DNA of 64,000 nt from Piromyces finnis finn (Eukaryota > Fungi > Neocallimastigomycota): NCBI GenBank assembly GCA_002104945.1, contig MCFH01000066.1, positions 62,001-126,000 of the forward strand, written 5' to 3'. Below, in pieces: positions 1-11,957 of the stretch; the first letter of the stretch is position 1, and every line of letters starts with the position of its first letter. The notes beneath the pieces are model-generated. The model saw nothing but the letters and a program-made list of their open reading frames with translations, was not told the DNA's origin and searched no databases. The position numbers were made by a program, and so were the translations under genes.

Positions 1-346
1 ATTCAGATCCAATCTCTATAAAGCTAATATTGTTTCTATCGGTAAACATTTTATTGATAAAAGCTTTAGACAAGGTTGGAAAGGCCTTAAAAAACTTGCC
101 AAACCAAGTTATTCGTCCTCCCATATTTCAACTATTAAAGACAAGAATGGCAAGGATTTATTTACTCTTCAAGAACAATTAAAACGTTGGGCTGAACATT
201 ATGAAAATCTTGCATCTGATGTTACAAATCACAGCTTAAATCGTGGTTGCTGGGAAAGAGCATTCCAATTCAACCATATCAATCAAATAGCATGGGATAT
301 AAATGGTCCCATTTCTATTGAGGAAATTAGGAATGTTGTTCTGTAA

Positions 347-1783
347 ATGAAGAATAATAAGGCTCCAGGTCCCGATGGTATCCCAATTGAATTTTTCAAA
401 GCTTTCTTTTGTAACAAAGAACTGGAAAAAGAACATAAGTCTGCTGGAAATTGTCTTAAATTAATTTTTAATAAAATCTGGAATGGTTCCTTTCCTTTGA
501 AATGGAACTCTGCTTCCATTGTTTCTATTCCAAAGAAAGGCGATCTTTCAGACTGTAATAATTATCGTGGTATTTCTCTCATCAATGTAGGTCTTAAAAT
601 TATTTCAAAAATTGTAACTAATAGAATTTTAAAGTATGCTCTTTCTCATAACTTTATAAGACCTGAGCAATTTGGTTTTCGCAATAAAGAAGAATGTATT
701 AGCTTATTTATTTCCATTAGAGAAATCTGTCAAAGAAGGAAATTTAAAGGAAAAGCCACTTATGTCGCCTTTCTAGACCTTAAAAAAGCATACGACTCAG
801 TTCCTATTTTTAATATCCTTACAAAGTTATATAAATTAGGTATACGTGTTAAATGTTTTGATTTTCTCAATAATCTCTACTCTACCTCTAAAGCTCGTGC
901 ACGTTTCTTGGATATGCTTTCCAATGAATTCCCTATAAACCGTGGTGTAAGACAAGGATGTCCTCTTTCTCCTATACTGTTTAACCTCTTTATCAATGAT
1001 ATTTTAAATAAATGTGAAAGGCTTGGGGTTAGCTTAGGTAATAAACGTTGTTGTGGTGGCCTTTTCGCTGATGATATTGTTCTGATTGCTCCTAGCAAGA
1101 AGAACCTTCAAAAGATGCTCAATCTAGTGCATGATTGGGCTAATTTAAATGAAATGTCTTTTGGAATAAATAAATGTGCAACTATTGTTGTTAAACCTAT
1201 CAACTTTAATAGATCCCCTAGTTATGTCGACCCAACATTTTACATCGGTATGTACTCGATTCCAAAGGTTTCTTGCTATACTTATCTTGGAATCCCATTC
1301 GACGAAGATCTTTCTTTGACTCCTATTCTGTCTAATATGTACAAAAAAGTTCAGAAATCTTTATTCTCTTTTAAGAACTTCCTCACCAACAATTGTGTTC
1401 CTATTGGCTTAAAAAACATAGTAATTCATTCTTATATTTTAAGCAAAGTCTCTTATTATGCTCCTTTGCTTGGTTCCAACAAAAATAGAACTAGAAGAGT
1501 CCAATCTCTTATCAATACTGCTGTTTTATGGAGTGTCAATAGCTTTCACAATAAAAGTTTTAATAACAAAGATTTTGTTTTTGAACGAAATTCATTTATT
1601 AGTCTGTATGCTCTTACAAGAGATATGAAGATCCCTACCCTTTCAGGTATTTGTGCTGCGCAACAAGTGGAATGCTTTGTTAAATGGAGAAAATCAAATT
1701 GTATAATTAAAGATCTCGTCCGATCTATTCCTCCCATGTCTCATTACTCTTGGGCCAAAGAAGCTTATGAAAATAAATATTAA
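347..1783 (+). pseudogene. LINE reverse transcriptase domain (interrupted ORF2)
   Basis: Non-LTR RT motifs KAPGPDG, NYRGISL, QFGFR, FLDLKKAYDSV, GVRQGCPLSPILFN, LFADD and YTYLG. There is a stop upstream and a frameshift downstream. Confidence 0.92.
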
Positions 1784-2531
1784 AAGTACTAAAGATATTA
1801 AAGAATACTATTGGAATAATAGTAGCCTAAATAATGGAAGTAAAGCCCTCAGATATACTAACAACAAATTCCTTAATTCAAATCGCCTAATGCATATCGG
1901 TCTCAACAAACCTCACTTAAATTTAGGAATTACCTGGATTATTCGTAATCGATGCAGTTATGAATACACTATCCGAATTGCTATTGCCAGTAATAGAGTT
2001 ACTCCTGACTTCCCTTGCGTCTGTCCATGTTGTGGATATGACAAACAATCTTTTTACCATTGGATATTAGAATGTTCCGCATTCTCTGAATACAGAGCTT
2101 TTTCACTTAGCTTTCTTGACGATCTTTTTACCCTTTTTTACAATAAATATAAGAATCAATTCATCACATACTTACTCCCCGAAACGGAAGTAAGAAAAAT
2201 AATTTATAACTATATTTTTACGTTCCTTCTTGGTGGAACTTTAGCTTATGATGAGCTACAAATCGATAAGGCGGAACAAAGACATTTGAATGAACAGCTT
2301 TACAGTTCATCGGGGTTTCATGTTCCATATGTAGAGGGTCTCGCGGCTTTTCTTACTAAAACAATCCCTATCATTAGTAGCTCTATGAAGCTACTTTTCG
2401 ATAGGTTTAGTAAGACACCTAAAGTAATCAAGAGCGCCGACATCGTACCGATATGGCAAAAGATCATTCCTAATGTTCGTACACAGGGTTCAATGTTAGT
2501 ATTTCCTCAAATTCGAATGAAAACATTATGA
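1767..2531 (+). pseudogene. LINE ORF2 C-terminal region with Cys/His zinc-binding motif
   Basis: CPCCGYDKQSFYHWILEC resembles the C-terminal CCHC-type motif of LINE ORF2. It overlaps the RT ORF end in another frame. Confidence 0.75.
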
Positions 2532-2829
2532 AATCATGGGAGAGTTTAGTGGACACCACACTATCATACCTGATGTTACTTCTTTTTTTTATTTCATTTA
2601 ATTTATTAGGTAGGGACCAATCCCACACAGTACAAATTGCAGAGTTCATTGAACTTTTATGCAACTTAAATAATTATTTTATATTATTTTATATCTATAT
2701 TTTTATTTATATATATTTTATTATTTTTATTTATTATTTATTATATTAATATCAATATGTATTATCACCTAATGTTATGTAATATCTCAAATTAAATAAA
2801 TAAATAAAAGATGTGTATTCTCTTCCTAG

Positions 2830-2860
<31 letters not shown>

Positions 2861-2865
<5 letters not shown>

Positions 2866-3474
2866 TCTCTTGTAAGAATCCAATGTAGTCAACTTTAGCA
2901 TTTGCATTGTATTTTTATATTTATGTAGCTATTGTTGTATTGTTTCTTGTAAGAGACTGATTCATTTTACATCATGTAAAAATACTATTCACAAGCTTTC
3001 TGATATCGACATTTTTGATTCAAATTTTTTACCAATTTAAATATTTAATGAAAAGTAAAGTCAAACAATTTTAGTGTCAAAAAGCGAATCGAATTTACTA
3101 ACAACAAACCAAAACTAGAATTTTTAAAGAAAATTTACAACTAGAATTCAAAAAAAAGAAACTTTAAACAAAGCATCGTAACAATTTTTGTACTATCCAG
3201 TACTTTTAAGAAGAGAGAGAGACAGATTTTTTTCTATATACGTTATATTTATATTTTTTATTAGTACTTATTTTATATTCAATATTTTTAATTAGAATTA
3301 ATTATCATGTCAGTCCTTTATATTAAAGATAAGAATTATATCAGACGTGGTACCCGGTCTTATGGTATCCCCTTAGATGATATTCGCTCCTTCTTTATCC
3401 GTGGTATTCGATCATGGTCAGTAAATATGCTATGGGAAAAACTCGAGGTTATTCTAGAAGATAAATTTAATTCA
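2861..3474 (+). repeat. Truncated copy of the 5' region of the second LINE family (direct repeat of 3793-4411)
   Basis: Starts actcttctcttgtaagaatcc and ends gataaatttaattca in both copies, and encodes the same MSVLYIKDK...EDKFNS N-terminus. The copies differ by scattered SNPs and homopolymer lengths. Confidence 0.9.
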
Positions 3475-3792
3475 TCCCTCTTGGGAACGTGCCTTCATTT
3501 ATTTAATAAATGTAGTTTCTCAAGGGGGTCTACTCATGCTCATGGTACTGAGAGATTAGAAAGAATTAAATCCAAGTATTGCGCAATGGATGTTTGGTTA
3601 GTCTTTAAGGGAAAATTATTAGGACTAAGCTCATGGTACTGAGCGATTAAAAAACATTTATCCATCGAATTTAAGTATTTGATGAATAAGTTGAATGTTT
3701 GATATTCAGGTAAGTTTGTATAGTATTTAATTAGAAGAGTAATACATTTTGTTGCTGTATTTTTTCTTTTATTCATGTATTCTTGTAGTACT

Positions 3793-6700
3793 ACTCTTCT
3801 CTTGTAAGAATCCAATGTAGTCAACTTTAGCATTTGCATTGTATTTTTATATTTATGTAGCTATTGTTGTATTGTTTCTTGTAAGAGACTGATTCACTCT
3901 ACATCATGTAAAAATACTATTCACAAGCTTTCTGGTGTCGACATTCTTGATTCAAATTTTTACCAATTTAAATATTTAATGAAAAGTAAAGTCAAACAAT
4001 TTTAGTGTCAAAAAGCGAATCGAATTTACTAACAACAAACCAAAACTAGAATTTTTAAAAAAAGTTAACAACTAGAATTCAAAAAAAAAAAAGAAACTTT
4101 AAACAAAGCATCGTAACAATTTTTGTACTATCCAGTACTTTTAAGAAGAGAGAGAGAGAGAGAGATTTTTTTCCATATACCTTATATTTATAATTTTTAT
4201 TAGTATTTATTTTATATTCAATATTTTTTAATTAGAATTAATTATCATGTCAGTCCTTTATATTAAAGATAAGAATTATATCAGACGTGGTACCCGGTCT
4301 TATGGTATCCCCTTAGATGATATTCGCTCCTTTATCCGTGGTATTCGATCATGGTCAGTAAATATGCTATGGGAAAAACTCGAGGTTATTCTAGAAGATA
4401 AATTTAATTCAGTTATTAGTGTTAAATATTTTCAGACTTTCAATGATCACTTTTTCTTAGTCAAGGTTCATGGTTCATCGAAAGATTGTATTAAAATCTT
4501 ACACATGTTAAAGAAGAAACTTTCAGTTACCTCAATTTCCTTTTCAGCTCGTAGTAGAAGGAATCACAAATACACTTTTTCCACACTCAAACGTAAAATT
4601 TTAGTTTCTAATAAACATCAACATTCTATTCAACAATCATTTCAACAATCAGTTCAACAATCCCATCAACAATCCGATCTTCAACAAGATCTTCAACAAG
4701 ATCTTCAACAAGTTTCCCATCATGAAAATATTCCAGATCTACAGCAAACACAATTTCAATCTCAACATTCAACAATTAATTCTAATTGTTCTATCAACTC
4801 TGATAACAGTTCAATAGTTGATAGTTCTTCAGTTTCACAGCCATCTAGTAATAGTTCTACTTATTCCTCTGATGCATCATCCATTAATAACGATGACTTT
4901 AATAATAATAATAATAGCAACGATTCTTCCTCATCCAACAAGCCTGATAACTTTTCTTTTTGTCTTAGTTGGAACACCAATGGGTGGAATCACGAAAAGA
5001 GAGATAGTATTAGCTATTTCACAGCTATTTTCAAACCATTATTTTTATGTTTCCAAGAAACTGGTAATGGTTCTGGATCGAATACAGATTATCCTTGTCG
5101 TGTTACTTTGCGAAACTATATACACTTTTTCAAGAAAGCTGACGAATCAGTTCCTGGAATGAGAGATTTATATTTAGTTTTTCACAATTCGTGTCAAGCC
5201 TCACTTGAAAACTTCTCTGGAAAGTATATTATTTCTATTTATACTTTTAGTCTCTGGAATAGATTCAAATGCTCGATTGGAAATGTTTATATGCCTCATA
5301 GTCATCACAACATCTATGTTGATCATGCAAAGTTAGAAGTTCGCTTGTGGTTACAAACTCATTCATCCCATCCATCGATTCTTGTTGGTGATTTTAATAT
5401 GTCTAAAGTAAAATTATCCAACTGGTTATCAACTAATGGATTAGGAGATTGGGAAATTCTTCCGCTTAGAGGGTCTACTATCTCTTGGACTCGAGGTAAT
5501 CAATCTTCCGACATTGACCATGCTCTTATCAATTCGAAGATGAAAGATCTTATTCACTCAGGATCATTTATAAATAATTTTTATCCTGTATCAGACCATA
5601 AGCCACTTCTTATTAATGGTAAAATTATTCCTATGGAAGATTTTTCTAATGACTTTAATGTTCCTAAGAAAATTCTGAAATGGAATAGATTAAAATGTAT
5701 TGAGGAAAAGGAATCTATTCTCAGTCATAATAAATTCCAAATACTTTCAGCAAAATTCAACGATCCTAATGTTTCTACAGATGAACTTTCCAAAGAGTTT
5801 ACTTCAACTGCTTTTTCAATTGCAGACGAGCTCAGTATTACCTCAGCAAATAATGTTATAATGTCTTCATTTCATATTTCACAACAAATTTTTAATCTCC
5901 AAAAAATCAAAATGAAGTTGTATAAGAGATTTAAAAAAGAAAGAATTTATGATATAGATGAATTTATTAAAAGAATTAAAATCTACCGTAAGCTCATTGA
6001 TTACATCCACAAAAGATGTAATGAATTTAGGAAACAAGAATATCTTCATTGGATTAAAACAGGATGTGAGTATATGAAGAGTCATAATCCTAAGAAGGCC
6101 TGGAAATGGATCAAGAAAACTGCAAAAATTGGAAAAGATTCTTTCTTTATTGCTCAACCAATTAAAAATAAAAATGGAGAATTAGTTGTTGCTACAGAAG
6201 AACAACTAGAAGTGTGGCATGATCATTTCGAAAAGCTTGCATCAGATCCAAGTGGTGTAAGTCTTGATTTGGAGCATTGGTATGAAGAACCAATGAATAA
6301 ACGTTTTTCACTTCCTATGCTTGATGAGTGGGATATCAATCAAGATATTAGTATTGATGAAGTCAAGTCAGCTATACTCTCTACTCCAAATTATAAAGCA
6401 TCAGGTCCGGATGGTATTCCAATTGAATTTTACAAAGCATTAATTCCATCAAGTAATGATTCTAATAATGCTACAGATAATAATTCTTCTGGTAATGTCA
6501 CTTCTGGTAATACCACTTCAGATAATGATGCTCTTATTCTTAAATTATTCAACCGTATTTGGGATGGAAACTTCCCCATCTCTTGGAATGAATCCAGTAT
6601 TTTTTCTATTCATAAGAAGGGAGATTGTGATAACTATCGGGGTATATCACTTATCAATAATGATATTAAGTTGATTTCAAAAATTGTCACCACTAGAATC

Positions 6701-7864
6701 TCAGAATATGGTTTAAAGAATAATTTCATTAGACCTGAACAATTTGGTTTTCGAAAAAAGGAAGAAAGTATCAGTCTTTTCATTTCAATCCAAGAAATAT
6801 GCCGTAGACGTCAATTAGATAATAAAGAGACATATTTGGCCTTTTTAGATCTCAGGAAAGCATACGATTCAGTTCCAATCGGTAATATTCTCCATAAATT
6901 AGATTGTTTAGGAATTCGAGGTAAGAGTTTACAATTTATCAAAAATTTATACTTAACATCTAAGGCTAATGTCAAATTAGATGGACAATTCTCGAAATCT
7001 TTTGATGTGAAGAAAGGAATCCGTCAAGGTTGCCACTTTCTCCTATTCTTTTTAATCTCTTTATTAATGATATATTTAGAGAGTGCGAAGATCTCGGAGT
7101 CAGTTTAGGTGACACTCGATGCTGTGGTGGACTTTTTGCAGATGATATAGTTATTTGTGCTCCAACAAGAGGATGCTTAAAAAAGATGCTTAGAAGAGTT
7201 AATGAATGGGCCTTGTATAATGAAATGGAATTTGGTATCCAGAAATGTTCAACGATGGTGATTCATCCTGAATCAATAGAAAATCAGAACAAGAGAGATC
7301 CAAAATTTTACTTAGCAGGAAAACCAATTCAAACTACTGATTGCTATACTTATCTTGGTGTTCCATTTGATAAGAATTTGTCCCTTAAACCAGTAATTAA
7401 AGCTCTTAATAACAAGATTTTGAAAGGACTCTTTTCAGTCAGTAAATTCTTAAGAAATCCTAATACTCCTATTTCTTTCAAAAAGCTAGTACTTAATTCA
7501 CAAGTAATTAGCAGAGTTTCATACTTTGCACCATTACTTGGATCCAACGAAGCTAGGTCTAGGATTGCTCAGAAGCATGTTAACAAAGGAATAACGGTGG
7601 GTTGCCGGAGTTCATAAAGCTGTATTGTTTATATCTTTATACTCTATCTCAAAAGATTTGAATATTCCTCCATTGTCAGCCAAATGTGCATTAGCTCAGG
7701 TTAGATGTTTTAACAAATGGAAAAACTCAAATTGTATTATCTCATACCTTGTCAATTACATTTCTAAATTTAGAAAATACACGTGGTGCAAATCAAGTAG
7801 GATACTTGATAAAAAATTAAAGAAGCATGGAGATGTTAAAGCAGTTAAAAACTTTTATTGGAAT
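3793..7864 (+). mobile_element. Second LINE (APE endonuclease + RT), 3'-truncated at the junction with the gypsy element
   Basis: ORF 4247-7108 has APE motifs SWNTNG, FQET, GDFN, DIDH, SDHKP and RT motifs SGPDG, FLDLRKAYDSV, RQG. A frameshift near 7033 continues into LFADD and YTYLG (7030-7617), and a second shift into 7625 onward. Similarity to LINE 1 ends at FYWN (about 7864). The 5' boundary is approximate. Confidence 0.9.
4247..7108 (+). pseudogene. LINE polyprotein: N-terminal domain, Q/S/N-rich linker, APE endonuclease, RT (frameshifted at RQGCPLSP)
   Basis: ORF track translation. caaggttgccactttctcct lacks one C relative to the CAA GGT TGC CCA CTT TCT CCT frame. Confidence 0.88.
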
Positions 7865-8414
7865 GCAAGTTCTTCTTTGTGGAAATCACACTTCGCTAAC
7901 TTAGCTACTAGACGATTTTCTATTAGCTTTTGTAGGACTCTTTTTATATGCCCTACATGATCTTCAAGTGACTTGGAGTAGATGATGATATCATCCAAGT
8001 ACACCTGACAGCAGTCATTGATTTCTTCTGCTAGCACAGTATTGATGAACCCTTGGAAAGTAGCAGGAGCATTAGTCAACCCAAATGGCATCACTAGATA
8101 TTCGTAATGCCCAAACTTGGTTGAGAATGCCTTCTTGTATTCGTCGCCTTCACGGATACGCACGAGGTTATAGGCAGACTTCAAATCCAGCCTGGAGAAG
8201 ATAGTCGCACCTTTCATAGCATCGAATACTTGACTGATGAGTGATAAGGGAAGGAATTACTTACAGTTACCTTGTTGAGGCGTCTGTAGTCAGTACATAA
8301 TCGCCTTTCACCACTCTTTTTGGGCACGAAAAACACAGGATAACCCGCAGGGCTCTCGGACTTTCTGATGAAGCCCTTTGCCAGATTTTCCTCTATATAT
8401 TCCTTCAGTGCTTT

Positions 8415-11105
8415 TTATTCTTCTGGATTGAAGGGATATATAGGCCCTTTATGAAGACTAGCATCCGGCTCCAGGTCGATCTTACAGTCGTAAGGACGAT
8501 GTTCTGGTAGCTGGTTGGCTATTTCTTCATTAAATGCTTCTTTGAAATTGTAGTAGTACTTTTCCACAATTTCTTCAGACGTAGGTTGGTTTTCGTCTAA
8601 GTTTTCTTTCTGTACCAACCCTACGTAAATGTGATTTTTCTCTAAGTTGGATTCAAATGCCAACCCTCCGGAATCACATTTTTTCTCTAAGTTAGAACTT
8701 AGTGTCAACCCTCCGGAAACGCGAATTTTCTTTAAGTTAGCACTTTTTACCAACCTTACTGAAATCGCGGATTTCTCAAAGTTGGAACTCGATGCCAACC
8801 CTCCAGAACTTCCGTTTCTGGCTTCCCTCGCAGCCTTGTGGCTACCATTACCCACAATTTCGGCTTCTATGTTTTCCGCAGTTACAGTTACCAGTGGCCT
8901 TCTTACTTTTACATTAGTAACTGTGGTTATGGGACTTAATTGGATACAGTAGTAGATGTCACTACCATTCATACCATAACTGTTGGTGGGTTCCTTTTCT
9001 TTGCCATTATCTATTACAAAGTACCTCACTTGTGCATCTTTATCATAACCTCTGTAGATAAAGTGCTCGTCTATGAAGGCCAAGCCCACGATAATCATCT
9101 CCGACATGTTGTCGGATAGGTGACAACTTGTGTTGAAGCAGTATGGTTTAGCTTCCTGTTCACCAGATGGAGTTAACCATAACTTCAACTGCAAGTCGTC
9201 TGAGAACTGTTTTAACTCGATATCTCCATTAATAGTTCTAAATATGGCTGGTTTATCCACTACCTTCAACCAGAGTTTCTTTGCTAAATTTGGGTGAATG
9301 AGGTTTGTAGTGGAACCAGTATCATACAAGACTTCTACCCTTTTTATATCTCGAGGGTTTCTTCTCGCGTTTATTTCAGCTACTAGTTGATTCTGATTGT
9401 AGTAGCTATTATTCACCTTTGGCTGACTAGCCATGGCTTTAGGTAATGGGTTGTTTCCCATACTAGAAGGTCCTTGCTTTGGTTGGAAACTGGAACTTCT
9501 TCTGAAGTTTAACTTATTTAAGGATTCACGACGTTCTTTAGTACTATTACTGTTTTTTACATAAGTCTGAGTGTTGGTCTGCTCAACTTTAGGCTTGTTA
9601 CTTGGCTTGTTGTTCTTCTGCTTTAACTCGGCCCATTTAGGAAGTCTACATGGGTCTGTAATATCCAACAAGGCCATGATAGTGGTCTGGCAATCTCTCT
9701 TATCGTACTTTTCTATGGTTTCATTACGGAAGACTGCTTGGTGATTATCGCACTTTAACAAAACTTCACTTAATGTTTCCAACGTACGTTCCTGTTCAGG
9801 GATATCATAGAACGCTTCCCTAACAGAAGGCCTGACCTGTTGTATTAACACTTGTCTCCTTACATTATTTGGAAGCCCAAGTGTTTCCGTCAATTCATTG
9901 AACTCTTCCAAGTAATCGTATGCTTTTCCCCACTCATGTGTGAGCTTAAGCAACTTTGACTTGCAGAGTTCATGGGGAGACTCTAGTGGAAACTTATCTT
10001 GAAGGTGGAGGAATAGTCTTTCAGCATCAGGATTCCTACGCTGCAACATCCTCTCCCTAAGTCTATACCATCTCAATACTTTCCCACCTAGATGATCTTC
10101 AATAAAGCTAACCTTTGCCTTTTCGTCGTTACCATAGTCATATGGGTAACGTTTGAAATGACGTAAGCATTTCTCTTGAAAACCCTCTAAGTCTATCCCA
10201 TTATTGTCAAACATAGGCACTTTTTCCTCATACCTATGTACTCGCCAGTCGAACATCTTCACGTCCCCATCCTCGGAGTATTCCGTAGGGTTGGTGCTAC
10301 TACTAGTTCCAGCACCATGAGGATTACCCATACCACCGGTTTGATAGGATGTTCTTTCATGAGCTCTGGCTTCAGCTCTTCTGTTCATGGCTTCGACTTT
10401 AGCCTCGAACAATTTTTCTCTTTCTTCTAGAGCGTTTCGTTGCTCCCTCAATCTGGCCATCTCTTCTTCAAGCTCTTTTTTATAAGAGACAAAGGCACTA
10501 GATTGGCGGTACAACGTTTCTTGGTTGTTTAGCACTTGCTGGTGGTCTTGTAACCTTTCCTCATGTTCTGCAGTAAAGGCATTTTCCACAGCATGCAGCT
10601 CTTCCAAGCTAACTTGGCTAGCTGACTCATTTGCTTCCAACCTTTGATCCACTTCAACAAATTTTTGCTGAAGAGCATCGTTTATCTCGCTCTTGTAAAC
10701 CTCAATACCCCGAAGTTGTTCTTCCATAGCACCCAGACGGTTTCCCATACTAACAAACTGGCTAGATATTTCCGAAACCCATCTATTAAGAAGAACTTCA
10801 ATGTGCTGCATTGGGTTTACCTCACTATTATTAGTAAAAAAGAAAGAAGGATCAACAGGGGCGGGCATAGAATCCCCCTGTTGAACCTGTAAATTCTGAT
10901 TAGATTCGACCTCAGTGCTTTCGAGAAGCACTGGGGTTCGAACCCGTGACATTCCCTCTACACCATCCATGCCATCCGCGCTCGCCGCGTCAGGACGGGT
11001 CCCGTCCCTTACGAATGATGTTTTTGTGTCCAATTTATGGACACCTCGAGGGTTAGGAGACTTACCTGGGTTTTTCATTTCTAATTCAAAAATAAATTCT
11101 TTCAA
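8415..11105 (-). pseudogene. Gypsy Gag-protease-RT(start) polyprotein ending at a nonsense codon
   Basis: 896-aa ORF. The TAA at 8415-8417 is followed in frame by [33 protein letters not shown], so it is a premature stop. A frameshift near 8250 leads to the RT fragment 7855-8217. Confidence 0.88.
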
Positions 11106-11378
11106 TAAATTAAAGAATTTATTATATAAAATATGATTGTGATGAATTTTAAAATTTAAAATAATGAATTTTTTATTACTATACTATTAGAAAATAATTA
11201 TTTTTAATAATAAATTTACTTCTTTTAAATATAATATTTGAATATTATATAAAATATCGTAAATGATTATTATTAAACAATAATTTAAATGAAATAAAAT
11301 ATGTTTTTAAGAACTTTTAATAAAACTAACCTAATTAAAACTAAGCTAACGTAAGAACTAACTATAAAGCGATAGTAT

Positions 11379-11872
11379 TGTAAAAGGTTTTTTATATTAT
11401 TAGTTAATATGTTATATAACTAGTTAATTAAGTTAGTTATTACCTCTCTATACGAGTTAATAACTAAATAAAGTTTTATAAAAAATAATAAAAGAAGGAA
11501 AATAAATATTATAACACAAAAATAAATATAAATGTATATAAATATTATTATGAAATAAATTTACTTAAATAATTATTTTTAATTATATCTTTTATTTATT
11601 TAGTATAATTATAATACATTAATTATTATTATAGTTACTAATTTACTTTAATACTAACGCTAAAGTATTTAACGTTAGTTTTAACTATACTATTTAACTA
11701 TATTAGTTTATTTTCTTTACCACTTGATTGGGTAAAGCAAATAAACTTCCTATTTAATTAATAACCATTAATATATGGTTATACATATATCCGGCCAATA
11801 AATGATGACCAGAATATATCGTTTCAATTGAAATATTTGTGGGCAAAATTATGGCCACAAATATTTCTTACA
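11379..11872 (-). repeat. Putative 5' LTR of the gypsy element (494 bp)
   Basis: Bounded by TGTAA (11379) and TTACA (11868-11872) and lies upstream of gag on the minus strand. It is immediately followed on the minus strand by a PBS-like 11-mer complementary to an internal LTR site. There is no second LTR to confirm it. Confidence 0.6.
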
Positions 11873-11886
11873 AAAAGGTCGTTCCA

Positions 11887-11957
11887 GTTTTTATCCTGAT
11901 TGTTAAGGCGTTGCCTTAGCATACATAAGGCTTCTGGTTCGACCCCGCAGATGTCAG
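11887..11957 (+). other. Degenerate tRNA-like sequence (tRNA pseudogene or SINE head)
   Basis: A-box-like tatcctgattgttaaggcg, a perfect stem-loop GCCTTA-gcataca-TAAGGC (11913-11931) and B-box-like GGTTCGACCCC (11936-11946). The acceptor stem does not pair. Confidence 0.4.

Larger units (their letters stand above)
1..2861 (+). mobile_element. Non-LTR retrotransposon (LINE), 5' end outside the window, decayed
   Basis: RT coding starts upstream of 347 (in-frame TAA at 344-346 just before MKNNKAPGPDG). RT ORF 347-1783 is frameshifted into a C-terminal ORF 1767-2531. An AT-rich 3' UTR ends in an A29 tail at 2833-2861. Confidence 0.92.
7860..11872 (-). mobile_element. Ty3/gypsy LTR retrotransposon, 3'-truncated within RT, 5' LTR retained
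   Basis: Gag-like region, protease VLYDTGST, RT entry LPEHRPYDCKIDL...PIYP and RT core LDLKSAY, YLVMPFGLTNAPATFQ, YLDDIIIYS. RNase H, integrase and the 3' LTR are absent. Confidence 0.92.

Noticed and set aside
3307-3642. 111-aa ORF as an independent gene
   Set aside because: The first half is the truncated LINE N-terminus and the rest is read-through into unrelated spacer.
8395-8420. Programmed readthrough or frameshift between gag and pol
   Set aside because: The stop lies inside the RT N-terminal region, well past the protease, and looks like a GAA-to-TAA nonsense change. A further frameshift follows.
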